A stretch of 64,000 nt of DNA. Origin: Octopus vulgaris (Eukaryota). The notes beneath the pieces are model-generated. The model was not told the origin of the DNA, ran no database searches, and saw nothing but the letters and a program-made list of their open reading frames with translations. The position numbers and the translations under genes were made by a program. Positions within the stretch are counted from its first letter, which is position 1. Each line of letters begins with the position of its first letter. The stretch is from positions 7,440,001 through 7,504,000 of the forward strand of contig OX597833.1 of assembly GCA_951406725.2 (NCBI GenBank). Reading direction: 5' to 3'. Shown here one piece after another: positions 13,389 through 27,287 of this stretch.

Positions 13389-13690
13389 GGAGGCGCAATG
13401 GCCTAGTGGTTAGGGCAGCGGACTCGCGGTCGCAGGATCGCGGTTTCGATTCCCAGACCGGGCGTTGTGAGTGTTTATTGAGCGAAAACACCTAAAAGCT
13501 CCACGAGGCTCCGGCAGGGGTGGTGGTGATCCCTGCTGTACTGTTTCACCACTCTTTCTCCCACTCTTTCTTCTGTTGGCCTGCTCGCTTAGCCAGCGGG
13601 GTGGCGTCATTCGAAGGCTAAAACAATGCGAACGCATTGTGACCAGCGATGTGTAACATCTGATGGTCTGGTCGGTCACGTGATCACGTG
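13389..13690 (+). mobile_element. tRNA(Arg-like)-derived SINE, head A + tail X, with 11-bp TSD
   Basis: ggaggcgcaatggcctagtggttaggg...gtttcgattccc; ends in tcacgtgatcacgtg; atttttaactc at 13376-13386 and 13691-13701. Confidence 0.9.
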
Positions 13691-13774
13691 ATTTTTAACT
13701 CATTGATGAAATATCTCGGCCGTACATGTTCTTTGAAACAACGGAATAAATATATTCATTCACTGAATTAATAG

Positions 13775-13990
13775 TTTCAAACTTTGGCACAAGGCTATCA
13801 ATTTTACTAGAAGAGATTTGTAGATTTCAGTGACCCTAGTACGCAACTGGTACCCTTTTGGATTCCGAAAGGATGGAATGCAAAGTAGCCGTCGGCGGTT
13901 TTTTTAAAACTCAGAGCGTAAAGGACCGGAACAAATGTTGCTATGTATTTTGTCCGACATGTTAGCAATTCTTCCAGTTTTCCGCCTTTC
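13775..13990 (-). mobile_element. Old diverged SINE family M copy
   Basis: Diverged match: tttggcacaagg...ccgaaaggatg...ctcagagcgtaaag. Confidence 0.7.
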
Positions 13991-14691
13991 GCCGAGTGAT
14001 AGTAAGAGCTTGGTCTTGTGCAGCCCCTGACAAAACTGCGCTATTTTCTCTTTAAATGACCACGTCGGAAACACTTCCACAACATTTTATAGTTTATTCA
14101 TGGAATATTTCATTCAAAGACAACGTACTCAACACACAAAGAAGAGTCTGTGTGGGAATTTCTTCAATCGTGACTTTAACATTCCACTTACCCCAATCAT
14201 AAAAACGATTGAACGAGAGGAAACGGTGTGACAAAATGCCAACACAGATAATGGTCAATGTAGTTTGTTCTTGGGATTCTATTGGTTACTAACGAAACGT
14301 TTAGTAAATTCGTCACACTAACAATAGGAATCATAAATTCTTCCACTTCTGAGCATTTTACACATACGATAATTCACTCCTGAAAATATCTCATATTTCT
14401 CCATGTAAATAGAAGTTCTTCCTCTGAAGATATCCCCTGCTGTGCTCTTGTCTTGCGGTCAGTTTCTCTCATTATTATTATTATCATTATTGCATGTTTT
14501 TGATTTTGTGAAGCATTTCCTGACCATTTTTTAAATATATTTTAGTGGAAGCAACGAATTGTAGATGACAGACAATATTTCGGAAAGTTAACGAATAGTT
14601 TTCTGACATATTATTACGCTGCTTCTCTTCAATGATTCGTATAATCGCCAAACTAGAATTCAAAGTAATTAAGATACATACATACACATAT

Positions 14692-14833
14692 AGAGGCGCA
14701 ATGGCCTAGTGGTTAGGGCAGCGGACTCGCGGTCGCAGGATCGCGGTTTCGATTCTCAGACCGGGCGCCCAGCATGGCCACAGCTCAAGAGCTGAAACTG
14801 GAAAAACAAAAACAAAACAAACAAACACGCACG

Positions 14834-14878
<45 letters not shown>

Positions 14879-14995
14879 CACGTGATCACGTGACCGACCA
14901 GGCTATCAGATGTTGCTACACATCGCTGTTCACAATGCGCTTCGCATTGTTTTAGCCCTCAAATGACGCCACCCCGCTGGCTAAGCGAGCAGGTC
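14692..14995. mobile_element. Composite SINE debris: head A (+), family-C-like tail, (CA)n, inverted tail X (-)
   Basis: 14692-14767 matches the 13389 head; 14878-14993 is the reverse complement of 13580-13690. Confidence 0.8.
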
Positions 14996-15026
14996 AATAT
15001 ATATATATATATATATGTGTGTGTGT

Positions 15027-15132
<106 letters not shown>

Positions 15133-15169
15133 TTACTATATATATATATATACATATATATATATTTAC

Positions 15170-15268
<99 letters not shown>

Positions 15269-15276
15269 TATATACG

Positions 15277-15350
<74 letters not shown>

Positions 15351-15359
<9 letters not shown>

Positions 15360-15922
15360 TTCGAGACAAAACCACTATTTTGCAAAACAAACAAGGAAAG
15401 ACTTAATCAATACATAAAAAATTTTTAATAGAAAGAAATAAACCTTGTTTTTTGTTTTTTTTGTTTTTGTTTTTGTTTTTTGTTTTTTTGTTTTTGTACA
15501 TCTTTAGATATGAGAACTTTAATAATAGGTTTCTTTATATTCAATTGTTTATAGGGTTTATTTTAGATTATATATTGATTATATATAGATTATATATAGA
15601 TTATATATAGATTATATATAGATTATATATATTTATATTATTTCATTGATAATATTATTATTTTAAACTTATATTTTAAAATATTGATATTTTTAGATCG
15701 AAAATCCACCTGACGAATGTCATTGAAGACATGAAACGATTGTAGTGGCGGTTTATTTCTTTCTATTAAAAATTTTTATGTATTGATTAAGTCTTTCCTT
15801 GTTTGTTTTGCAAAATAGTGGTTTTGTCTCGAATTAATATTATATAATATTTTACTATAAAATTGGATTTAATCCTAAATCTGATTTTTTCCCTGTAAAT
15901 TTGGATTTATTCCCTAATATTT

Positions 15923-15930
<8 letters not shown>
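15351..15930 (+). mobile_element. Fold-back PLE-like element in (TA)n, ~93-bp inverted arms, carrying an HHR
   Basis: Arms 15351-15444 and 15750-15842 are near-perfect inverted repeats; unpaired 3' extension to ~15930; (TA)n on both sides. Confidence 0.8.
15706..15748 (+). ncRNA. Minimal type I hammerhead ribozyme, canonical core
   Basis: ccac-CTGACGA-atgtc attgaa gacat-GAAA-cgattg-TA-gtgg. Confidence 0.85.
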
Positions 15931-15995
<65 letters not shown>

Positions 15996-16019
15996 ATGTG
16001 TGTGTGTGTATATATATAT

Positions 16020-16556
16020 TGTTGTTGTTGGCATCGTTTTTGTCTCGGGAGACAATAGAGTTGCGCATAAAATAGTCTAGTCCGGCTTTTACATCTCATG
16101 TTCTTATACATTTACTGCTGTGGCTGTGTAGTCCTATCCTGGACAAACACTCCCTCTGGCAGGTACGCAAATGTAGCCAAGACTGTTCCCGGCTGGTTGT
16201 AGTGCCATAGTCTCTTGTTTACGTCTCTTCTTTTCTTTCCATTTCTCCCCTCTCTCTCTCTCTGTCACTCCTTTGTATTCCCTCTTTTACTGTACGTCGC
16301 CAGTCTCCACGGTTGCCGGCAACCGCCACCCAACCGCTAATATTGATGTTGCAGGCCTTCATGTCCCTTTTGCAAACATCCTTGTTGCGTAAGAACGGTC
16401 TACCCACAGACCTGGTACCCCTAGCAAGCTCTCCGTAGAGTATGTCCTTGGGGATTCTGCCATCTTTCATACGGCTAACATGCCCAAGCCATCTCATACG
16501 TCTTTGTGTGAGGAGTGCAAACATGCTTGGTATTCCTGCTTGCCTGAGGACATCTT
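16020..16556 (-). mobile_element. RTE-clade LINE 3' end with (CAA)n tail
   Basis: [52 protein letters not shown]; ends in gatgccaacaacaa. Confidence 0.92.
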
Positions 16557-16594
16557 TGTATATACATGTATATATATACATATACATATATATG

Positions 16595-16638
<44 letters not shown>

Positions 16639-16675
16639 GACATATATATATGTACATATATAGATATGCATATAA

Positions 16676-16745
<70 letters not shown>

Positions 16746-16775
16746 TATCTATATAATTATATATATATTTCAAAA

Positions 16776-16978
16776 TGTGACCTCATGTGTACCGTTGGCG
16801 ATTTTTTTTTCCTCTATCTTCCCTTCTCTGGATCTTTCCTTCTCCTATGTTTCCGACGAAGAGCTCCGCTCGAAACGTTAAACCCTCCTTCTTTCCTTCT
16901 TTCCTGGGCGTCCTATAATACTATATTTGTTCCACGTCCTCGCGTTGTGTTTTTTTGTGCTTTCTTGTTTGGAGTAGC
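16776..16978 (+). mobile_element. Short HHR-bearing element between (TA)n tracts; second copy starts at 63941
   Basis: tgtgacc..tgtgtac.gttggcgat..ttcccttctctggatctt shared with 63941-64000. Confidence 0.75.
16849..16883 (+). ncRNA. Minimal hammerhead motif with CCGACGA (U4C) core
   Basis: gttt-CCGACGA-a-gagc tcc gctc-GAAA-cg-TT-aaac. Confidence 0.7.
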
Positions 16979-16993
16979 TTTATATATATATAT

Positions 16994-17178
<185 letters not shown>

Positions 17179-17585
17179 CACACATAATACATACATATAA
17201 CTTATACATTGTTGTTTTACAGATATATAGAAATGTATGTGTGAGTACATATTCATATACATGCACACACATACACACATACATACATACACACATTCAC
17301 AAACCTATAATCTGTCTTACAAGCTGTACACCCCCGTGGCTACGAATCCACTTCCCCAATGCTGGCTGGTCTGAGAAGTTATTATTAGAAGTATTGAGCA
17401 AACACGGATTAAGGACTCCTTGACGACGTCGAGGCTGATATATCTGTAAATCTAAGGGGGCGCTGGTGACGCTTATGTCGCTGCTGTAGGAGGTGGAGGC
17501 GGCGCTGTGAAAACATATCTTCTTCCTTCAAACACCACACTGAGCCCATACTGTGGCAACTGGACTGGTTGATAAATACTGAAAC

Positions 17586-17638
<53 letters not shown>

Positions 17639-17849
17639 CACACACACACACACGCACACACACACACGCACACACATGCACACACACAAACTTACAGAGA
17701 GAGAGAGAGACACACACACACACATACACATATATATATAGGTTCACACAATTGGTGCACGCGCACACATACATAGGCATATCCATACATACATGCATAG
17801 ATGTATGCATGCATACATATATATATATTTATATATATGAATATTTATA

Positions 17850-17919
<70 letters not shown>

Positions 17920-17995
17920 TATGTCATTTGACTGCATGTATATAGGTGTTTCGTAATAAACACACACAACGCCTTGTCTGATATATACTATATAT

Positions 17996-18040
<45 letters not shown>

Positions 18041-18106
18041 AAAAAATATATATATATACACACATATAAATATTCATATATAAAATATATATATTATATA
18101 TATATA

Positions 18107-18160
<54 letters not shown>

Positions 18161-18176
18161 GTATATATATATATTT

Positions 18177-18213
<37 letters not shown>

Positions 18214-18416
18214 CCATATCTATATAATTACATGACAGAAGGTTGAAAGATTTGGTTGGAAGCAGAGAATCAGAGATTAGTAACGAGAAATATGTGTGTG
18301 TGTAGATATATATGTACTTGTGAGTATGCATACGTCTATATACTCTCATACGTATATGTGCTCTCCTCACCCACGCACACGCATATATATCTGAATGCAC
18401 ATATATAGATATACAT

Positions 18417-18503
<87 letters not shown>

Positions 18504-18506
18504 CAC

Positions 18507-18562
<56 letters not shown>

Positions 18563-18761
18563 GTGTATATATATATATAGATATATATATGTATATATAT
18601 ATATATATGTATATATGCGTATATACAAATATGAATACATATATACAGACATACATACATACATGCATACATACATACATACATGTATGCATGCTTGCAT
18701 GCAGGCACACATACATACAGACAGACAGACTTACATATATATCTATATTCAGGCACAATCA

Positions 18762-18991
18762 AAGAAGAAGAAGAAGAAGAAGAAGAAGAAGAAGAAGAAG
18801 AAGAAGAAGAAGACGAACGAGAAGAAGAAGAAGAAGAAGAAGAAGAAGAAGAAGAAGAAGAAGAAGAAGAAGAAAGAGAAGAAGAAGGAGAAGAAGAAGA
18901 AGACGAACGAGAAGAAGAAGAAGAAGAAGAAGAAGAAGAAGAAGAAGAAGAAGAAGAAGAAGAAGAAGAAGAAGAAGAAGAAGAAGAAGAA
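18762..18991. repeat. (GAA)n purine tract
   Basis: Direct reading; the interruption gacgaacga occurs twice. Confidence 0.95.
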
Positions 18992-19435
18992 GGTGTGGGC
19001 TGGGGGAGAAGGGGGAAAGAGTATGGTGTAGAACGAAGTTGTGAAAAATAAGCTCTTCTTCGCTGGAAGCTTCCTTCCATTGCGTGGTGGTGAGACGATG
19101 ACAGATTGGTTGCTTCTAGATTACAAGAATCCAACTTGTTCGCAGTAAAACGATCTTCGAGAGCGAGTAAGAGGGAGGGAGAGAGGTGGATAGGCGGGAA
19201 GAGGTACCGTGGTCAACCTTGGGATACATGTCAGTCTGTCCGTGCGTCTGTCAGTCAGTTTGGTGCTTGTTGTGCTCACGTGATAGAGCGATGCATGGAT
19301 GGACGTACGGGTGGATGGCTATCTCAACTCGAACCCCCACCCGGTCCCTCGCTCTTTCGTTTTTGTAAGCCTTTCTCTCAGGAATCGTGGTTTAAAGCAC
19401 GTACTGCCAGAATGGAGTGCCATGGTGACGTGATG

Positions 19436-19453
19436 TAGCGACACCTACTGGCA
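19436..19453 (-). promoter_or_regulatory. CTCF-like motif in a unique GC-richer island
   Basis: Minus strand tgCCAGTAGGTGTCGCta, 1 mismatch to CCASYAGRKGGCRS; CRE-like tgacgtga adjacent. Confidence 0.3.
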
Positions 19454-19712
19454 AATATTTTCCTTTACAAAATGTTTCTCAGAAGTCTTCAAGTTTAACT
19501 TTTGGTGGAGGTTTTGTTGTTGTTATTGTTGATGTTGTTGTTCTTTGTTGTTTCTTATTTGTATTTTTTTTTGTTTTTTTTTTCTTCCTGCAAACTAATG
19601 ACTGGAAACTTCCTTAGTTTTTGCACCCGATCTCCCCCTCCCCTGTTTTCCACCTCTGTCTCTCTTTCTTTTCCTTTCTCTGTAATACATATGTGTGTGT
19701 GTGTGTGTGTCT

Positions 19713-19745
<33 letters not shown>

Positions 19746-19856
19746 CACACATATGTATATATATATATATATCATGTTACTCAGCTCGCCTTGAGGAGCG
19801 TGACAGAAATGAGTAACTCGGACTAGCGATAAAATGAACAAAGTGAAACCTCATAT

Positions 19857-19936
<80 letters not shown>

Positions 19937-19940
<4 letters not shown>

Positions 19941-20180
19941 GGGTAAGCACATAAATGTAAAACAAGGTAGAAAAAAAGAGTACTCAAATACCAGAGGTAG
20001 AGTAATATGCTTTATTGAAAAGCAGCAGAAATATCACAAAATCTGTTACTCAGAGTTAGAATGGAACAGAAATGACGATATCGTCATTTCTGATCCATTC
20101 TCACAAAACTGTCCGACGAACGGGAAAGAGAAACTCTGAGTAACAGTTTTTGTGATATTTCTGCTCCTTTTAAACAAAGT
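19937..20180. mobile_element. Fold-back HHR element family F, copy 1
   Basis: Homologous to 39880-40070 and 58545-58750; HHR aaaactgt-CCGACGA-acg ggaa aga-GAAA-ctctgag-TA-acagtttt at 20105-20150 (stem II broken). Confidence 0.8.
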
Positions 20181-20204
20181 ATATATATATATCTATATAT
20201 ATAT

Positions 20205-20455
20205 TCTTTTCTTCTTTTATTTGTTCCAACCAGTTGACTGCGGCTATGCTGCAGCACCACCTTAAAGGGTTTTAGTCATATATATACATATACGACGGGC
20301 TTCTTTCAGTTTCCGTCTACCTAATCCAGTCACAAGGTTTTGGTTGGCCCGAGGCTATAACAGAAGACACTTGCCCAAAGTGTCACGCAGTGGGACTGAA
20401 CCCGAAACCATGTGGTTGGGAAGCAAGTTTCTTAATACACAGACATACCTGCGCA
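20205..20455 (-). mobile_element. SINE family C, internally deleted
   Basis: Match to 8676-9086. Confidence 0.85.
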
Positions 20456-20462
20456 TATTTAT

Positions 20463-20620
20463 ATATATAACGATCATCTCACTTGCATAAACCATTCTAC
20501 TAATAGTTTAATGTTCATGGAAACCCAAGTACATTCTTCAGGCGCCTGAAGAACGCACTCGGGTTTGCATGTACGTGAAACTACGAGTAGAATGATTTAT
20601 GCATGTGAGGTGATCGTATA
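20463..20620 (+). mobile_element. Small fold-back element with partial HHR core
   Basis: Arms cgatcatctcacttgcataaaccattctact and agtagaatgatttatgcatgtgaggtgatcg; loop has CTGAAGA acgcac...gtacgt GAAA; no clear UH/stem I. Confidence 0.55.
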
Positions 20621-21338
20621 AAGCAATATTCTTGCTCTCACCAGACGTAGTACTCTTTTTGTTGAACCTTATTACACGGATCAATTCGATATATATGACG
20701 CTTCTGTCAGCTCGCCGCCTTCTGTGTAGAAGTAATAGTAATTTCTGTTTCCAAAAACGACAACCGATCCTCTATATATGGACACAGAATCATACATTTA
20801 GATACAATATTACGTTTCGAAGGCTTGAAGAAGTAATGGGATGCAGAAACCTTCATGCCTTTACAATATGTTTTAGTAATCAACCATAAATGATCTTGAC
20901 TATCTTACAGTTACGCATGAATCGCGAGAGGTTTGCTACCTGTATGATTGATATTTAACCATCTGAAATAGCAAGAACAGAGAATCACCTGATAGGGCGT
21001 ATTTTGTCAATGGCTGTGTTTACATCTACTTAAATTGTTCTGTAGAGAAACAATGTACAGTGGAAGCACTAAACTACGGACATTATCTTGTTTCACCGAG
21101 TTCCATTCTTATTTCTGAAGCTTGGAAAGGGATGAAATCCACCAAGTTGATTTTTTCCAGACCAGTGTTTCCAAATAGTAGTTTCAGAAGAAACCGAGGT
21201 TCTAAGAAATAATTCTGGGGTCCCACGAGATAAAATGTCTTTCAATACAATTTAATATAAATTTATCTTATAAAAAATAATATTTATCATTTTTAAAATA
21301 ATAAGTTGTTATATATTTTAAAATTGGCCCGTTGCTCT

Positions 21339-21380
21339 TGGCTGATGAGATGCAATTATATCGAGACACCGGTGTCCCCG
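21339..21380 (+). ncRNA. Degenerate minimal hammerhead (GAAA>GAGA)
   Basis: gg-CTGATGA-gat gcaattat atc-GAGA-caccggtg-TC-cc. Confidence 0.6.
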
Positions 21381-21789
21381 AATCCATTGTACTAATGAAT
21401 CGAGTATTTTATGAACATATATTCGTGGTAAAGATATTGTTCTGCCAGAACATATCAAAATGAAATATACAAGTCATCATTTCTTTTTTATATGTTTAAT
21501 TAAAATTAAGATGGAAGGGATTTCTTGTAAAATACAGGTTGGGGTTCCACCGTTTTTTGGAAGTCCCTATAAGAGTTCTGTGTGTGGACATAGTTCTATG
21601 TGAGCTGTTTCATAACCCAGACGCTCATGAGTTTTAGAATTGGATCAGATTAGAACTCAAAGTCCTCTACTCACATTTAAATCGTCTTCTTCTTCTAAAA
21701 GCTTCTATTGTGTGATTTTCCTTTGTTTTAATGACGGTGAAAGATTTTCTGTAAGCGTTGTTGGTCAGGAGGCATTTTTTAACGATTCT

Positions 21790-21976
21790 GTTCCAAACAA
21801 GGCTTGAGACCCTTATAGAGTAAGGGACCACGAAGCAGAAAAAAAAGGGCTAAAAGATTCCTAAATATCGATTGAAAGAGAATTTGAAGGACAACTCATA
21901 GACTATAAAAAAAGACAAGACACAGGTAGGGAGTTCTAGAGAACAGTTCAAGGAAAGAAGCTACTAGAACAGTCCT
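21790..21976 (-). mobile_element. Decayed LINE 3' end (CR1/L2/Jockey group)
   Basis: Minus strand SSSFFP*TVL*NSLP resembles the SFFPRT..LWNSLP ORF2 terminal motif. Confidence 0.45.
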
Positions 21977-21984
21977 TTATGTTA

Positions 21985-22095
21985 TAGGTACAAGGCCTCG
22001 AATTTGGGCGAGGAGGGAGGGAGGGACCCCAGTGTTTGACTGGTATTTAATTTATCGACCCCAGAAGGATGAAACGCTAAGTTGACCTCGGCTAT
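21985..22095 (-). mobile_element. SINE family M fragment
   Basis: ctggtatttaatttatcgaccccagaaggatgaaa. Confidence 0.8.
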
Positions 22096-22217
22096 TAGAA
22101 TAATAAAAAAGACATGACTAACAGGAATCTCAAATGAGAACGTGGAATTGCGAGTTTTGGTTGGATATGGGTTGTGAAGAAACACACACACGCATGCGCG
22201 CTGTCGAGCGGATCGAT

Positions 22218-22265
<48 letters not shown>

Positions 22266-22266
22266 A

Positions 22267-22351
<85 letters not shown>

Positions 22352-22718
22352 TGTTGTTAGGTTAGTTAGGACACGGTCTTTTATTGGCAAAGAAATATCT
22401 CTTATGATAAAAGGCAGATTTTCTCTGCCTGTTCCCATGTTCCTTCTTAAATACAATTCTACAATATAGAATTTCTTCAATTAGAATTTACCTATGATTT
22501 TTCGAAGTAGGTTCGATTCGGTCATGGCATATAAATTTCTTTCAATTTGACCCCCAATTAAGCAAAAATTTGAAAAAACTCAATATTTTACGATTTGCCC
22601 CACTCACTTCAAAGGCTTTACTCCGCCTATTAGAACACTTTCTCTTTACACACATAGACACGCAAACATATACATTATATGACAGTGTCAAATGTTGAAA
22701 GAAAATTGTAAGCTAAGA

Positions 22719-22774
<56 letters not shown>

Positions 22775-22960
22775 CTGTATGTCTGTGTGTGTGAGAGTGT
22801 GTGTGTGTCTGTGTGTATGTGTGTGTGTGTGTGTGTGTGTGTAGGAAGTGAAGGATAAAAATATGGCAAGAAGTGGACAGATGTACATATATACAGACAT
22901 ACATCCATACATACATAGATGTGTGTGTGTGTATGTATGTGTATTAATGTGTGTGTGTTA

Positions 22961-23349
22961 TCTCTCTCTATATAAAGCTGAAGTTGTCTGTGTGCGCCAG
23001 GTTTGGTAGCCTTCAACTAATACCATCTCCTCCGAGACCCTGCGGCACAAGTTGACCAAAATTGAGAGTATGATAGAAAGGTTGCTCTTCCTTCCGTAGA
23101 AGATAAAATTCAAATTGGACCATGTTAACACCAAAATTTATTTACATCAAAAAGGTGCTTTTTTACTATGAAAATCCCTATTTTTTACGATTTTTTCACT
23201 GCTGTGTCGCCACTTTTCGGTGTATTTCAACCAGAAAAATGTTCACTTGAAGAGAATAACAAGCTACATAATGCAAAATTTTTACTTTTCAAAAATTCAA
23301 ATTCCAGCGGGTCGAAACAAACCCTAGCAACGCCGGGCGATACTGCTAG
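22961..23349 (+). mobile_element. Non-autonomous Helitron (~390 bp)
   Basis: A|TCtctctctatataaa 5' end; subterminal GC hairpin ccctagcaacgccggg; ends in CTAG|T; A-T target, no TSD. Confidence 0.8.
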
Positions 23350-23534
23350 TCTAAGATATAAAATATATTCGGATGTCGCAATACAAAATAAGCAGGAAGA
23401 TGTGTTCGTGCAGCGTTGGAACCAGGACACGAGTTCAATTCTCAGTTGATATCAGTTCATTTACCGTCTCTTTTGCATCGGAATATGTTACACATGTACC
23501 CCGTTCCATACACACACAAGCGTATGAGTGTGTA

Positions 23535-23571
<37 letters not shown>

Positions 23572-23813
23572 TATGTGGTGTCATGTGGCCTACGTGTTGT
23601 TGAATGATGAAACTATGAACGCCTGTTTATCAGTGCGTATATAATTATGAATGAGTGTGTGTATATATATATACGAGTTATGACTACTCACACACTCAGG
23701 TCATGTATGTTTGCATGCGTTTATGTGCTTATGTACGAGACATGTACATACATACATACATATCTATATACGTATGTATTTATACACGTATGTATATACA
23801 TATAATTACATAC

Positions 23814-23845
<32 letters not shown>

Positions 23846-23858
23846 CATCATCATCATC

Positions 23859-23898
<40 letters not shown>

Positions 23899-23918
23899 TG
23901 TATGTATCTAGTGTTCGC

Positions 23919-23952
<34 letters not shown>

Positions 23953-23958
23953 CTAGTG

Positions 23959-23996
<38 letters not shown>

Positions 23997-24015
23997 GTGT
24001 GTGTATATAAATCAA

Positions 24016-24053
<38 letters not shown>

Positions 24054-24924
24054 TGTATGTATCTAGGTGTTCGCATATATATATATATTTTTTATATATA
24101 TATGTTCATTGATTTATATACACACACATATACATATATGCAAATATTCACACTCACACACACATATGTATATATGTATGCGTATTATGTACATGTGTGC
24201 ATGCGTGTGTGCGTGCGTGTGCGTGTGTGTGCGTGTGTGTGTGTGTGTGTGTATAAGTATGCGTTACATGTTACATGTTCAACCGACATCTGTATTGAGT
24301 GCGTGTGCTATGAGACCTGATAATAGTATAAACACCGTGTGCATAGCATAAATTACAACGTGTGTTGAGTTTTATGACACAAGGCTGTATACATGTTTGT
24401 TTATTCGCACGAATATCGTTTAGGACCAATTCTATATGGAATACATACTTCTTTGTACGTATTATATTCGGGCAAATGGACAGGGATAGTTTTCATCAAT
24501 GCACCCTACGCCCTCATTTCGGATGTCAGGCGGTTTGTCTGTTCGTCAGTCTGCCTGTATGTCTTTATATCTCTATGTCAGAGTGGAGGTATGTATAATG
24601 TGTATATAATTCTTTGGATTCATTCGCAGAAAGAATGTATTGGAAGCATTAATGAAATATAAACAACTACAGCAGTAAAGACGGCAAACGGTAAATTTTG
24701 TGAAAGTCTCGCATATTTTCACTATTCCACTTACAGACTACATTTGCAGGAAATTCATTAAATGGTCTTTTAATTGGTCTAAATACACTAAATTTTTTCA
24801 GCATTGTATTAAAGATCGTATACATGCTCAGGTGCGCGTACATTCACATACAACACATATGCATGTATGTGTGCTTGTATGTCTATATGTGTGCGTGCGT
24901 GTGTGTGTGTGTGTGTTTGTCCAC

Positions 24925-25065
24925 CACCACCGCTTGACTACCGGTGTAGGTATGTTCACGTCCCCATAGCTTAGCGATTCGGCAAATCAAGCCGACATAA
25001 TAAGTGGTAGGCTTTAAAAAGATTCTTCAAGGCGGTGCCCAAGCATGGCCGCAGTCAAATGAGCT
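24925..25065 (+). mobile_element. SINE family C 3' fragment
   Basis: cgcttgac...cttagcgattcggcaaa...ggcggtgcccaagcatggccgcagtcaaatga. Confidence 0.8.
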
Positions 25066-25191
25066 GTAGGGTTTAAAAATGTATATGTGCGTGTGCAGAC
25101 ACACACACGCATTTATACATCTACATATATCTACAAGTATATATATATATATAATATCTAATATAAAATACCTGTACATCATCTCCAAACC

Positions 25192-25252
<61 letters not shown>

Positions 25253-26206
25253 GCAATCTCGAGTATAACAAGCCGAAATTGCAAAGATAATCTGGAACTC
25301 GACTGAGGAAAGAAAACTCCGAATGACTCGTCCTTGATTTCTTTGTATCGCTTCATCAGAAGCTGGGGTCCACGTCATTACCATCGCCGTACTTTTTTTT
25401 AAATGAATACAAAAGGAGAAGGAAGATGACCCCCAGAAATGGTGGAAGCGGCCATCTGGACATGATTAGATACGAACTTCCTTCTCCAAATTTGATTCTG
25501 AGCAATTTCTGCCTTACTAGAGGAATGAATGACCCCCCAACCAGACTGGGGTATAACCATCACTTGTTGACGTGCAGTTGATGAAGTCTTTATCAATCAT
25601 TTGTCATTTAGGTACCCCTGTTACTCGACACCCAACTTTTCCTCAATCAGCACAGTTTAAAATTAAATCACTCTATGTTAGAATCAATATTAACAGAGTG
25701 ATGCTAAGGTTGTTATTTCGGAGTAGATAAAGTTCGGGCAGCCTGTGGGTGTGGGCATTTTCCAGTTTCTTGTCTATCTTAGGTTTGGACGCTCCCTTAA
25801 CCACTTTTTCTCTTGCTACTGAGTTCCATTGTTATCGGGTCTCCAACTCATCTTCATCGCTACACAATATATTTACGTATATTTTCCGCAACAAATTTTA
25901 AAAATACAAATGAATTAATTAACTTATAGGGGTATACTTTTATAAATTCATTTACATAAACTTTGCCATTTAATGAAAACTGACACGAACATAAATATCA
26001 CCAGGTTAAACGAAATAATACACCGACCAACCCGTTGTCTATATATATATTTAGAACAAATTAATAATGTTCTTCTGTAGACTGGCAATTGTCTTCTGCT
26101 GTAGACAATAGTCTATGTGATGACATTTATAATACCTAAATAGTAGTATACAGATCGGTTACGGTTAGTTTGCTACAAACAACACAAGCCGACACGCATC
26201 ACTATA

Positions 26207-26435
26207 CCGGCGAGCTGGCAGAACCGTTAGCACGTCGGGTGAAATGCTTAGCGGTATTTCGTCTGCCGCTACGTTCTGAGTTCAAATTCCGCCGAGGTCG
26301 ACTTTGCCTTTCATTCTTTCGGGGTCGATAAATAAAGTACCAGTTTCGCACTGGGGTCGTTGTAATCAACATAATCCGTTTGTCTGTCCTTGTTTGTCCC
26401 CTCTATGTTTAGCCCCTTGTGAGCAATAAAGAAAT
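26207..26435 (+). mobile_element. SINE family M, full length
   Basis: Match to the 2752-2983 reverse complement. Confidence 0.9.
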
Positions 26436-27239
26436 ATATACTGGTTCCACGTTTAAAGTAGCTCTTACTATATGTCCATGGTCTTTCTTCTTATCAGCAA
26501 TACCAAAAGTATTTAAATGCAGCCAGATACCAATGAAGAATTTAAACACTACACGAAAATACTAGGAGTTAATACGGGACATCCACAAGATTCACAACCC
26601 ACAGAGTAAAAAGTCAAGGAAGGAAGACGGAGAGGCAACATGGTTCGAGCAACCACAGGTACCAGAATGGGCGAACAGAGACAATAATGGTAGTGTGTAG
26701 ACAATATATCAGATGGTCTGCCCTGTGTCGTAACCTCACCATAACGAAGCACAACGAACTCCGAGGGAACAAAAACACAAGAATATACATAATAATGTTA
26801 TATTCATGTTTTTTACTACTATGTATGCGCGTGTATATGTTGGTATGAGTGAATACATGTAATAGATCGATGTATGTGTATATGTATGTGCGTGGTCTGC
26901 ATGTATATGAGATTCTGTCACACGACACATTGAAAAATAAGGCCATCAAACCATCAATGAGAGGTATGTATGTATGTATGTATGTATATAAGGAATGTAA
27001 ACGCATATACACACACTGAGACAGCAGACATACTATACCCACATACACTCATATACTCGAGCCTATACTTACACACACGCGCGCGCGCACACATACATAT
27101 ATTAATAGCTAGATAGGTATATGTAGATATGTATATATGCGTGTGTTTATATATATATATATATATATATATACATACATATATATATACATACATACAT
27201 ATATACATATATATGTATATATATACATACATACATACA

Positions 27240-27287
<48 letters not shown>

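Noticed and set aside
13389-13465. tRNA-Arg gene (also 9749, 14692, 28030-28100)
   Set aside because: No proper acceptor stem, continues into a SINE body, and has TSDs and dispersed copies
17400-17582. Minus-strand exon after a tttcag acceptor
   Set aside because: No recognisable protein, early stops, and no supporting partner exons
21163-21590. hAT-like MITE end (cagtgtttccaaa); piggyBac-like ttaa-ccc at 50526
   Set aside because: Matching second TIR and TSD not found
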